A stretch of 64,000 bases of DNA from IMG/VR virus record IMGVR_UViG_3300030330_005258, positions 90,578-154,577 of that record. One strand, written 5' to 3'. Positions 21,892 through 30,711 of this stretch are shown here, in pieces (within the stretch, counting starts at the first letter, position 1; the number at the start of each line of letters is the position of its first letter). This DNA comes from a virus. Lineage: Duplodnaviria; Caudoviricetes. The position numbers and the translations under genes are program-made. A model generated the notes under the pieces. That model saw only the letters and a program-made list of their open reading frames with translations, made no database searches and was not told the DNA's origin.

Positions 21892-22427
21892 TTTTAGGAA
21901 TTGACGTATCAACTAGCATAACAGGTTTGGCAATAACTGACAAGGAGGGAAAAATAGTACTTTCTGAAGCCTGTGACCTTCGTAGAGACAAGAACTTTTT
22001 TTCTAAGTGTCTCACAATAAGGGCAAAAATTCTGGACATTCTGGAGGCGTATAGCGGCAAAATAGAGCATATTTATATCGAGCAGCCATTCACCTTCTTC
22101 AACTCTGGCGGGTCATCTGGCAAGACTATGGCAGCCCTACAGCGCTTTAACGGCGTGGTGTCGTGGATGGTGTATGAATGCTTTGAGATCCAGCCCGAGT
22201 ATCTGGGTGCAACACAAGCACGAAAGCTTGTGGGCATCAAGGTCCCGCGAGGACAGAAAGCCAAGAAGGTTGTGATGGAGCACCTACTCGCGACTGAACC
22301 AGACTTTACGATTGAATATACCCACCGGGGCAACCCGAAGCCGCAAGAGTATGACAGAGCCGACGCCCTCGTCATCGCGAGAGCAGGACTCCAAGATATC
22401 TGGAATAAAAAGCTTGCAGAAGAGTGA
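21888..22427 (+). CDS. ruvC: RuvC-like Holliday junction resolvase
   Basis: ILGIDVSTSITG, IYIEQP and DRADALVIA give the RuvC acidic tetrad. Confidence 0.85.
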   Translation: MILGIDVSTSITGLAITDKEGKIVLSEACDLRRDKNFFSKCLTIRAKILDILEAYSGKIEHIYIEQPFTFFNSGGSSGKTMAALQRFNGVVSWMVYECFEIQPEYLGATQARKLVGIKVPRGQKAKKVVMEHLLATEPDFTIEYTHRGNPKPQEYDRADALVIARAGLQDIWNKKLAEE

Positions 22428-22442
22428 TCAGTATGTTACTTT
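22414..22442 (+). promoter_or_regulatory. Sigma70-type promoter for primase (leaderless transcript predicted)
   Basis: TTGCAG-N17-TACTTT with TG extended -10. The ATG lies 7 nt after the -10 box and there is no SD. Confidence 0.55.
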
Positions 22443-22448
22443 ACAAGC

Positions 22449-23387
22449 ATGAACAAGACGATCGCCAAGAGCATTCTCCATGAAACGCTTGGAGGATACT
22501 GGGACAAAGGGTCCGAACTTCTTTTCTCGTGCCCTTCGTGTAATCACCACAAACGCAAGTTCTCTGTTAACTTGGACAAAAATGTGTTTAAGTGTTGGAT
22601 TTGTGATTATCATGGCCGTAATATTAGGCGCGTTATTAGACGTTATGGTTCGTTTACACAACTACAGAAATGGGACCAAATTACAGACCGATCAGATATA
22701 TCGAAATTTGATGATCTTTTTAGTGACGAGATCGGTCGAGAGGTCGAAGAGAAACTTGAACTCCCGCAGGAATTTGTAAGCCTCGCAAACAAGGCACTAC
22801 CGCTGTCAGCGAACCGTCCTCTGAGATATCTTGCTGAGAGAGGTATAACAAGAGAAGATATCCAGCGATGGAAGATTGGCTTCTGCTACGACGGCGATTA
22901 CGGTGGCAGAATTATTATACCATCTTTTGGCAAGAGCGGCTACCCCAACTACTTTATTGCGCGCTCTTACGTCGGGCACGGAATGAAATATAAGAATCCA
23001 CGTTCATCAAAGAATGTAGTGTTCAATGATCTATTTACAAACTGGAACGACGACCTTGTAATTGTCGAAGGAGTATTTGATGCAATTAACGCAGGAAACG
23101 CTGTGCCTATCTTGGGGTCTACACTACGAACGGACTCCGACTTACTACGAAAGATTGTTCGAAATGACACCCCCTGCTACATCGCCCTCGATCCTGACGC
23201 GGCTGAAAAAGAGCGCAAGATCATTCAAACGCTTTTGCGTTACGATGTGGAACTCTATAAGATCGATGTAAGCGGATACGAAGATGTAGGCGAGATGCCA
23301 AAAGACACATTCCAGCAACGAAAACAATCTGCAAAATTGATTGACAGGGACAACTATATTCTGTTAGACTTACTGTCGGCAGTATAG
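22449..23387 (+). CDS. dnaG: DNA primase (DnaG/T4 gp61-like)
   Basis: Zn finger CPSC..H...CWIC; RIIIP; KYKNP; TOPRIM VEGVFDA and LDPDA. Confidence 0.9.
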   Translation: MNKTIAKSILHETLGGYWDKGSELLFSCPSCNHHKRKFSVNLDKNVFKCWICDYHGRNIRRVIRRYGSFTQLQKWDQITDRSDISKFDDLFSDEIGREVEEKLELPQEFVSLANKALPLSANRPLRYLAERGITREDIQRWKIGFCYDGDYGGRIIIPSFGKSGYPNYFIARSYVGHGMKYKNPRSSKNVVFNDLFTNWNDDLVIVEGVFDAINAGNAVPILGSTLRTDSDLLRKIVRNDTPCYIALDPDAAEKERKIIQTLLRYDVELYKIDVSGYEDVGEMPKDTFQQRKQSAKLIDRDNYILLDLLSAV

Positions 23388-23395
23388 GAGGTAGC

Positions 23396-23875
23396 ATGAG
23401 CGATGAAGCAAAAGATTATATTAACAATGTTCTTGACGAAAGGCGATCAGAATTTGGCAACAAGGCTGTCTGCCCCTTCGCAGCACCAGAACTTAAAGCC
23501 AACAGGCTGATGATTGCGACCGTAGGTGAACAGGGGCTTACAGATCTTATAGACGAGTTTAAAAAGTCTGATTACGAAAGTGCCTTGTTCATAATCGAAG
23601 AAGACATACCCGCAAAGCAAACAAAAAAGTTTCAATACTTTGTAAACCTGTTGCTTAGTGAACGAGGTATGACCGATTACAAAAACATTTGCTTCAACCC
23701 AAACGACGATGTAGACATCGAAGGGTACAATCCAAGGTCCCTTGCTCCACACTTTATGGTCAATATAGCAAACAAGAAGGTGCTATCAAAAGCCCACCGC
23801 GCCCTTAAGAAAACAAATTATTACGATAAGTTGCCAGATAAGTATCGAAAGTTTCTCAATCTTAAAGATAAGTAA
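23396..23875 (+). CDS. DUF1415-like protein (CPFA motif)
   Basis: N-terminal VCPFA and later FNP...PRSLAP pattern. AGGAGG SD. Confidence 0.5.
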   Translation: MSDEAKDYINNVLDERRSEFGNKAVCPFAAPELKANRLMIATVGEQGLTDLIDEFKKSDYESALFIIEEDIPAKQTKKFQYFVNLLLSERGMTDYKNICFNPNDDVDIEGYNPRSLAPHFMVNIANKKVLSKAHRALKKTNYYDKLPDKYRKFLNLKDK

Positions 23876-23883
23876 ACTATTTA
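23876..23883 (+). promoter_or_regulatory. Putative late-promoter box ACTATTTA
   Basis: Exact motif 35 nt before the ATG at 23911. Confidence 0.6.
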
Positions 23884-23910
23884 TTGCGAGATTGTAAGGA
23901 TATAATACAT

Positions 23911-24870
23911 ATGAAGCACACCTTTACCCGAGAACAAGTAAAAAGAATAATTCTTGAGGAATTAGAAAAGTCAAAAGTTGACGATGCGGCAGAACAAATT
24001 GTCGATGAACTTGAAAGTATGCTTTCTGAAGCTGAAGGAGATTCAGCACTAAAAAGAATCTACGACAAGATCTTTAAAAAAGCTGAAGAAGAGAATATTG
24101 ATGCCGATGAATTAGCAATCAGAGTATACAAACGGGGCAAGCAAAAGAGATTTTTTAGAAAAATTGTTGCAGGTATAACTTTGGCATCCTTTTTAGGTGG
24201 CGTTCAAGCACGAATAGATATGTATTCCCAAATGGGCGCCCAAGCAGATGTAGCCGCACAAACCACCCAACAAGCACTTCAAAGCATAGAGTCCCAAAAA
24301 TCTACTGATGCGATAGAGGAGTTGGGAGGTAAGTTAGAGAGAAGTGTATTATACGCTTGGACACTAGACCCCGGAAAGGGCGACGAAGCCTCTGGCAAGT
24401 TTATCACAGGAATGCAATCAAACTTTCCCCTATTCCTAGATTATGATGCCGGAAGGGTTGAGATATTTTCCCCTGAATATGGTGTAGTTATGAAACTGAA
24501 AAATGACATACAAAAGCAAATAGATCAAGGTGTTACAAACAAAAAAGATCTAAAACCTATGATCTCTGACGTAAGGGCGCCTGATATATCACAACAAGAA
24601 TACGCTCAGATGTATAAGCAACTTTACGATATTCCCGATTTTGAACCTACTAAGGTTGATAAAGAAGACATCGGTGGCAATATTGACAAGGTGAGAAAGA
24701 AAAGTCAAGGCGGCATTAAATTCCTAAAAGCCCGCAAAGGACAAGCCTACGCATACGAAACTTATCAGTTGTCCGATTTCGTAAATGCGGAACTCCCAAA
24801 CAACCCAGGGCTGTCACCGTCACAATTTTATATGAAACTGTTTAATGAGGTCACAGGTCAAAATATCTAG
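23911..24870 (+). CDS. Leader-family (xxxIIxEE) cargo protein with central hydrophobic helix; putative head-internal protein
   Basis: ATG at 23911 with AAGGA SD. MKHTFTREQVKRIILEEL is a variant of the MKITK..IIKEEL leader. IVAGITLASFLGG is hydrophobic. Confidence 0.55.
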   Translation: MKHTFTREQVKRIILEELEKSKVDDAAEQIVDELESMLSEAEGDSALKRIYDKIFKKAEEENIDADELAIRVYKRGKQKRFFRKIVAGITLASFLGGVQARIDMYSQMGAQADVAAQTTQQALQSIESQKSTDAIEELGGKLERSVLYAWTLDPGKGDEASGKFITGMQSNFPLFLDYDAGRVEIFSPEYGVVMKLKNDIQKQIDQGVTNKKDLKPMISDVRAPDISQQEYAQMYKQLYDIPDFEPTKVDKEDIGGNIDKVRKKSQGGIKFLKARKGQAYAYETYQLSDFVNAELPNNPGLSPSQFYMKLFNEVTGQNI

Positions 24871-24879
24871 CCATAACGC

Positions 24880-24908
24880 TTGCACTACCATCAGAACTGT
24901 GTTATATT
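24880..24908 (+). promoter_or_regulatory. Sigma70-type promoter for the small ORF plus Mre11-Rad50 unit
   Basis: TTGCAC-N17-TATATT with TG extended -10, followed by a GGAGGT SD. Confidence 0.65.
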
Positions 24909-24923
24909 ATAGTTGGAGGTAAC

Positions 24924-25034
24924 ATGAACAAGCTCATCAAGAAGGCAGCGTGGATTGCAGGATTCGTAGTGGTTTACCACATCTCCTACGCAGCATTCAC
25001 CATTATGTTTGAAATGACCGGGGCAGCGCATTGA
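24924..25034 (+). CDS. 36-aa small membrane protein (not in ORF track)
   Basis: GGAGGT-aac-ATG; MNKLIKKAAWIAGFVVVYHISYAAFTIMFEMTGAAH*. Its TGA overlaps the TTG start of the next gene (TTGA). Confidence 0.7.
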   Translation: MNKLIKKAAWIAGFVVVYHISYAAFTIMFEMTGAAH

Positions 25035-28000
25035 AGATCGCCCATATTGCTGATACTCACATCAAAAACCTAAAGTATCACGAAGACTACCGTGTCTGCT
25101 TTGAACAAATGTATCAGACCTTGCGAGAGCAAGAAGTAGACTACATTGTTCATTGTGGCGACATCGCACATACAAAGACGCAAATCTCTCCAGAGTTTGT
25201 AGAGATGGCATCTAACTTTTTTTCTACGCTCTCGGACATTGCCCCGACATTTGTAATTCTTGGTAACCACGACGGCAACTTAAAGAACAGCAGCCGACAG
25301 GATGCTATCACACCAATCGTGCAAGCACTCGATTGTGATGATTTGGTGCTGTTGAAGGACGCGGGCGAGACAGAGATACGCTCTGGCGTAACACTAAATG
25401 TTCTGTCTGTTTTCGACCGAGACAACTGGACAGATCCTAGTGACCCTGACAGTATCAACATCGCCCTCTATCACGGTGCTATCTCTAACTGCCAAACAGA
25501 TGCAGGTTGGACGATGGAGCACGGCGAGGACAATCTTTCTATCTTTGAAGAGTTTGACTTTGCGATGCTTGGCGATATCCACAAGCGGCAGTTCCTTGAC
25601 GATGAAGGTCGCGTGTACTATGCTGGCTCTACTATCCAGCAGAATCACGGAGAGGAAGACGATAAGGGTTTCTCTATCTGGACAATCAACTCCAAGGACG
25701 ACTGGGATGTCGAGCACTTTACTCTACAGAACCCACGCCCGTTTGTCACCGTCGAACTTACACGCACGGGCAAGATCCCACGCAGGGCTTCTGTGCCAGC
25801 AAACGCGCGCCTACGCATTGTAAGCGACAACAACCTGTCTCTTGACGTGATGCGCAAGGCAGTAGATGTTGCGCGCCACAAGTTCAAGCCAGAGTCTATC
25901 TCGTTCCTAAACAGGTCTGCTGGTAAGCGCGGCAGCGTTGAGGAGATTGCTGATGGGCTTGGTATGCAGAACCTCCGAGACCCAGAAGTACAACAAGAGT
26001 TGATCTCAGAGTATCTTAAGGACTATCAGGTCAAGCCCGATGTAATGTCTATAATCTACGAGTTGAACTCTAAGTACAACCAGCAGGTCGAGTCAAAAGA
26101 AGACATCAGCCGCAACGTGAATTGGGAACTTGTGACCTTTGACTGGTCAAACCTGTTCAACTATGGCGAAGGCAACTCTGTTGACTTTCGCAACATTAAT
26201 GGCATTACAGGTATCTTTGGCAAGAACTTCTCAGGCAAGTCATCTATCATCGATGCTATCTTGTTCACGATCTTTAACACAACCAGCAAGAACGAACGCA
26301 AGAACGTTAACGTCGTAAATCAGAATTGCGATTGGGGCGAAGGCAAGGTTGTGATTAACATTGGTAAGAAGGTATACACGATCCACCGTAAGGTCGAGAA
26401 GTACGAGAAGAAGTCAAAGGGCGAGACTACAATCGAAGCCAAGACACATCTTGACTTTTCTGTCTTCGACCCTGTGACCGACGAGACAACATCACTGAAC
26501 GGTATCACCCGTAACCAAACCGATGCTAACATTCGTAAGCATTTTGGTACGATCGATGACTTTCTTATTTCCTCTATGTCCTCGCAGCATGGTGCCCTTG
26601 CTTTCATCAACGAGGGCTCAACCAAGCGCAAGGAGATCATAGCCAAGTTTCTCGACCTTCAGTTCTTCGACAAGAAGTTCAAGCTGGGCAAAGAGGGTGC
26701 TCTTGACTCCAAGGTTTTGATGAAAAAGTTAGAGGGGCGAGACTACGATAAAGAAATTCAAGACGCCCAAGAAGCTCTTGAGGGCTACAAAGCAGACGTA
26801 TTGAAGGTTGAGACTGATAAGTTGAAGCTGGAATCAACCCTACAGTTTGCCAACAACAATGTGCTCGAACTATCTCAGAAGATTGCCAACATCCCGACAG
26901 AGGTTATTGACATCCATGAGGTTCAGTCCGAGATCAAAAAGACAAAAAATAAAATAATTTCTTTGTCTGATTCCATCGTTGACGACGGCAACGCACTACA
27001 TAGAGAAAGAGAACGACTTACAAAGATCAACGATCTTCTACAAACGCTTGACTATCATAGTCTTGCGAGTTCTCTTGTAAGCATTGAAGAATCTGAAAAC
27101 GAACTACAATCTTACACACAACGGCTAGAGGTTGCAACCGAGAAAAAGAAATTACTAGAAGACATACCTTGCGGCACTGCATATCCTGCTTGCAAGTTTA
27201 TTCGCGATGCTCATGTGGCTACAGCAGTCATTCCAGAAACGGAAAGCAAAATCGAAGAACTAGAGAAGCTGCTCTCCGATCTTAATCCCAAGATTGTGAG
27301 AGACCATCTCGACAAGTATCGGAAGCTTGAAAAAAAGCAAATCGAAACTGAGAGTCTAATCAAGGACTTGCAGTTGGGAATAGAACGCAGGCGCTCGGCT
27401 CTTGATAGGCACAATGCCTTGATAGAAGAACTTGCACAAAAGCAGTCTTCTTATAATGACAACAAGGAAGCAATCGAAAACTTAGAAAAATTACTAAAGG
27501 AGAAAAAGTTATATGCCCGCGAATCGCAATCCATTGAGAAGCAAATTGAATCAAATAGCCAGAAGAAGATTGATCTTTATAAATCTCTCGGCTCAGAAGA
27601 ACAACGAATCGAAGACCTCAAACAAAGACAACTAGAGTTCCAGTCAATCCAGTCGGAGTATTCATCGTATGATTTGTTCTTGCGATGTATGCACCCGAAC
27701 GGAATTGCTTACGACATCATCAAGCAGAAGCTACCAGTAATCAACGAAGAGATTGCAAAGATTCTATCAAACGTCGTAGACTTTGAGATTTTCTTTGAGA
27801 CATCTGGCAACAAGTTTGATATTTTTATCAAGCACCCCAAGCACGAGGCTCGACCTATTGAGATGGCGTCGGGTGCCGAGAAGACGATGGCTGCTATGGC
27901 TATTCGTCTTGCTCTGCTGTCTGTGTCTTCTCTGCCCAAGAGCGACCTGTTCATCTTGGACGAGCCCGGAACTGCTTTGGACGAAGAGAATATGGCAGGA

Positions 28001-28138
28001 TTTATTCGGATCTTGGAACTAATTAAGGTGTATTTCAAGAACGTCTTGTTGATTTCTCACCTTGATTCTCTCAAAGATTGTGTGGATATGCAGATTGTAA
28101 TTGAGAAAGAAGCAGGTTTCGCAAAGGTAAATCAGTAA
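25031..28138 (+). CDS. Fused Mre11/SbcD nuclease - Rad50/SbcC ATPase (T4 gp47+gp46-like)
   Basis: Phosphoesterase motifs ADTH, CGD, GNHD, YHG, LGDIH. Walker A GKNFSGKS, coiled coil, signature ASGAE, Walker B ILDEP and H-loop ISH, all in one ORF. Confidence 0.92.
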   Translation: MKIAHIADTHIKNLKYHEDYRVCFEQMYQTLREQEVDYIVHCGDIAHTKTQISPEFVEMASNFFSTLSDIAPTFVILGNHDGNLKNSSRQDAITPIVQALDCDDLVLLKDAGETEIRSGVTLNVLSVFDRDNWTDPSDPDSINIALYHGAISNCQTDAGWTMEHGEDNLSIFEEFDFAMLGDIHKRQFLDDEGRVYYAGSTIQQNHGEEDDKGFSIWTINSKDDWDVEHFTLQNPRPFVTVELTRTGKIPRRASVPANARLRIVSDNNLSLDVMRKAVDVARHKFKPESISFLNRSAGKRGSVEEIADGLGMQNLRDPEVQQELISEYLKDYQVKPDVMSIIYELNSKYNQQVESKEDISRNVNWELVTFDWSNLFNYGEGNSVDFRNINGITGIFGKNFSGKSSIIDAILFTIFNTTSKNERKNVNVVNQNCDWGEGKVVINIGKKVYTIHRKVEKYEKKSKGETTIEAKTHLDFSVFDPVTDETTSLNGITRNQTDANIRKHFGTIDDFLISSMSSQHGALAFINEGSTKRKEIIAKFLDLQFFDKKFKLGKEGALDSKVLMKKLEGRDYDKEIQDAQEALEGYKADVLKVETDKLKLESTLQFANNNVLELSQKIANIPTEVIDIHEVQSEIKKTKNKIISLSDSIVDDGNALHRERERLTKINDLLQTLDYHSLASSLVSIEESENELQSYTQRLEVATEKKKLLEDIPCGTAYPACKFIRDAHVATAVIPETESKIEELEKLLSDLNPKIVRDHLDKYRKLEKKQIETESLIKDLQLGIERRRSALDRHNALIEELAQKQSSYNDNKEAIENLEKLLKEKKLYARESQSIEKQIESNSQKKIDLYKSLGSEEQRIEDLKQRQLEFQSIQSEYSSYDLFLRCMHPNGIAYDIIKQKLPVINEEIAKILSNVVDFEIFFETSGNKFDIFIKHPKHEARPIEMASGAEKTMAAMAIRLALLSVSSLPKSDLFILDEPGTALDEENMAGFIRILELIKVYFKNVLLISHLDSLKDCVDMQIVIEKEAGFAKVNQ

Positions 28139-28572
28139 TGAAAATTACAAAGACCAGACTAAAACAAATCATCAAAGAAGAACTTGAGACAACTATGAGC
28201 GAGGGATTCTTTGACGAATTTATTAATAAGCTAAAGATTGACATAAATCCAGCCGAAGATCAAAAAGCAAAAAAGATGATGTTGAGGATGGCGATGCGTT
28301 CGAAGGAAAAGCAACTAGGATTAGAGTCTGGCTATCTTGTTGATACGCTCTATGATATGTCAAGCAAAGAACGAGATGTCTTGTCCTTGACAGAAGAGTT
28401 CAATAATCTACTAGAAGTTCTTTACACTGCTGCCCACCGCACCGCACCAGAGGACCAGAAGTCTGACAAAGAATTGGGACAGATGATAAAGAGATTTTTA
28501 GACAATGATCCAGAAACTGTGCAACTAATGTATCCACAGGTAAACAGATTAAGAAAAAAACTGAGACTTTAA
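28138..28572 (+). CDS. MKITK-leader cargo protein (putative head-internal protein)
   Basis: N-terminus MKITKTRLKQIIKEELETTMSE; remainder unrecognised. Confidence 0.6.
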   Translation: MKITKTRLKQIIKEELETTMSEGFFDEFINKLKIDINPAEDQKAKKMMLRMAMRSKEKQLGLESGYLVDTLYDMSSKERDVLSLTEEFNNLLEVLYTAAHRTAPEDQKSDKELGQMIKRFLDNDPETVQLMYPQVNRLRKKLRL

Positions 28573-28587
28573 CAATAAGGATAACTA

Positions 28588-29718
28588 ATGAGTAACGAGT
28601 TTGACTTTCTGCCACCAGCAGAAGCACCCCCATCATTCAACCAAGAAAAGGACCACTTTCACGAAGAAGTAGAAGCGGAAGACTTTGGTATGGTTGAGGA
28701 CTTCGGATTACAGATGGAATACTCTGACGAAGATATGTTACCCGAGAACACAGCACCATCATCCATAAACGTGGGCTTTGTTGGTGTTGGCGGTGGCGGC
28801 AACAAGATGGCGAACGCTATGATTGAGTTGGGCTTCAACAAGACCCTGCTTGTCAATAGCACAGGCAAAGACATTCCAAAGAATGTAGAAGAGGAGCACG
28901 TCGTTCTTATTCCCGATTCTGACGGCATCGGTAAGAACATCGCCTACGGCAAGGAAGTCCTAACACAGAACGGCGCTATTGTAGAAGACGCCCTACGCAT
29001 CAAGTTTGGCAAGGTTGATTGGCTGTTCGTGATGGCAGGCGGCGGCGGTGGCACTGGTTCGTCCGTGGTTGCCCTACAGCCTGTGTTTGAACGCTACCTA
29101 CAATCTGTTCAGGCAAGCGGTAAAGTTGTCTATATCGTCTCTTGGCCAACAGCACAAGAGAATCTAAACCCCACAATCGCCCGCAACGCCTTGTCTTTGA
29201 TAAATGATGTCACGCCATACCCACACATCGTTGTAGATAACGAGCGCTCTACGCGCCTCCTACGCGGTCGTATCGGTATGCTTGGAATGTATCCAGTAGC
29301 CAATACCCAGTTTTCAAAGATCTTCGCACAGATACTCAAACTATCCACCGAAGACTCACCTATACAATCTTTTGACTCCAGAGACTTGGAGACCTGCTTT
29401 GGTAAGGACGGTCGTGCCTTCATCGGCTCTACTATGATCAAAGATCCGAACACTGGCAAGCTCGGAACAACAATTATGCACAACTGTATGAACCGCTCTG
29501 CTTGCCCTCCACCCAAGGGTAAGGCGGCAGCAGGGTCACTTATTCTCGTAGCAAGTGAAGAGATGGTTGCAGACCCTCGCGTGTCCAAGCACCTTGAGTC
29601 TGCGATTGCTTATGTCGGTGGTCGCTGCGAGACACTTTTCTCTGGTGTTTATGTCAGAAAGAATGTCCCCGGACTGATTGCGATACTAAGTATGAATGGT
29701 ATCGAGAAAGGAAAATAA
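28588..29718 (+). CDS. Tubulin/FtsZ-family GTPase with acidic N-terminal extension
   Basis: T1 GVGGGGN, T2 LVNST, T3 GIGKN, T4 signature GGGGTGS, P..E, VDNE and T7-like FDSRD. No C-terminal FtsZ tail. Confidence 0.9.
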   Translation: MSNEFDFLPPAEAPPSFNQEKDHFHEEVEAEDFGMVEDFGLQMEYSDEDMLPENTAPSSINVGFVGVGGGGNKMANAMIELGFNKTLLVNSTGKDIPKNVEEEHVVLIPDSDGIGKNIAYGKEVLTQNGAIVEDALRIKFGKVDWLFVMAGGGGGTGSSVVALQPVFERYLQSVQASGKVVYIVSWPTAQENLNPTIARNALSLINDVTPYPHIVVDNERSTRLLRGRIGMLGMYPVANTQFSKIFAQILKLSTEDSPIQSFDSRDLETCFGKDGRAFIGSTMIKDPNTGKLGTTIMHNCMNRSACPPPKGKAAAGSLILVASEEMVADPRVSKHLESAIAYVGGRCETLFSGVYVRKNVPGLIAILSMNGIEKGK

Positions 29719-29719
29719 A

Positions 29720-30202
29720 ATGAATTTTTTAAAGACACTATGGAGTTGGTTATTAAAACTAATGCGATGCTCCCCAAGAATGCCTGTTAGCATTTCAGAC
29801 TTAGAAAAAGAACCACTTGAAGCGGACTGCTGTGAAGAGGTATGCGAGATCGAAGAAGAGTGTTGCGATCACGAAGATTGTGAACCCGCACCAGATCCCA
29901 TCATAGAAGTTCACGTAAAGGAAGAGCCCACTCCAGTCGTAGTAGAGGAAGTGGAAGAGCCAGAACCCGTTGAGATTATTGAAGAGGTATCCGCTGCACC
30001 CGCTCCTGTGGGCGAGTTGCTTAGACAAATCTTACTAGCAGAAGGCATCAGCGAAGGTGTTATCGGGAAGTATCAGATCATTGAAACATTTGAGGACTGG
30101 TACGACGGACCTATAGACGACGCCTCTGTCCGCGCAAGTATTCAAGATTTCAAGTCTGCCCAAGGTGGGGTGATTAAAGCTAAATTGAGTAGAGTACAAT
30201 GA
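29720..30202 (+). CDS. Protein with N-terminal amphipathic helix, Cys/acidic patch and Glu/Pro linker (putative membrane tether)
   Basis: ATG at 29720 after AAGGA. MNFLKTLWSWLLKLMR, then DCCEEVCEIEEECCDHEDC, an EEP/PVVV linker and a C-terminal domain of about 60 aa. Confidence 0.55.
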   Translation: MNFLKTLWSWLLKLMRCSPRMPVSISDLEKEPLEADCCEEVCEIEEECCDHEDCEPAPDPIIEVHVKEEPTPVVVEEVEEPEPVEIIEEVSAAPAPVGELLRQILLAEGISEGVIGKYQIIETFEDWYDGPIDDASVRASIQDFKSAQGGVIKAKLSRVQ

Positions 30203-30711
30203 AGATTACAAAAGCTAAATTAAAGCAAATTATTAAAGAAGAACTCGAAGTAGTCCTCACAAACGAAGAGGTCGAAGAGATGTTTGGTGAAGAAGTCCGC
30301 GCCCAAGTAGAAGCGTTAGAAAGCGAAAAGATTACCAAAGAAGCAATAATGGAAGAGATTCAATCTGATCCTGCTCTTCTAGATGCGATTGTCAAATTAA
30401 CCGATTCGATTGATGGACTTGATGTTAGCATAGACTTCCTATCCGCCGCCTTCACGGGTGAGTCGGGCGTGTCCATCGGTGCCGCCCAACGACAACTTGG
30501 TCGTGCTTACAGACCCAAGGTCCGAGCAGCCCCCGCACCTATGGACGAAGAGCTAGACGAAAGAAAATTGTCCAAAGGCGAAGAAAAGGAAAAAGAGAAG
30601 ATAGTTAAGGGTATGAAGAAATCAAAGAGTGATTTCAAGAAGCGCTATGGCGGTGACGCCGAAAGCGTAATGTACGCAACGGCGACAAAGATCGCAAAGG
30701 ATAAAAAATGA
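30199..30711 (+). CDS. MKITK-leader protein with basic C-terminal 'IVKGMKK..DFKKRYG...VMYATATK' domain
   Basis: Leader MKITKAKLKQIIKEEL, acidic middle, LDE-delimited basic C-terminal module. I recall this module from T4-like head-associated hypothetical proteins. Confidence 0.6.
   Translation: MKITKAKLKQIIKEELEVVLTNEEVEEMFGEEVRAQVEALESEKITKEAIMEEIQSDPALLDAIVKLTDSIDGLDVSIDFLSAAFTGESGVSIGAAQRQLGRAYRPKVRAAPAPMDEELDERKLSKGEEKEKEKIVKGMKKSKSDFKKRYGGDAESVMYATATKIAKDKK

Noticed and set aside
28588-29718. Cellular origin suggested by FtsZ-like, bS21, RuvC and primase genes
   Set aside because: No dcw cluster or ribosomal operon; the genes are embedded among terminase, portal, capsid and tail genes.
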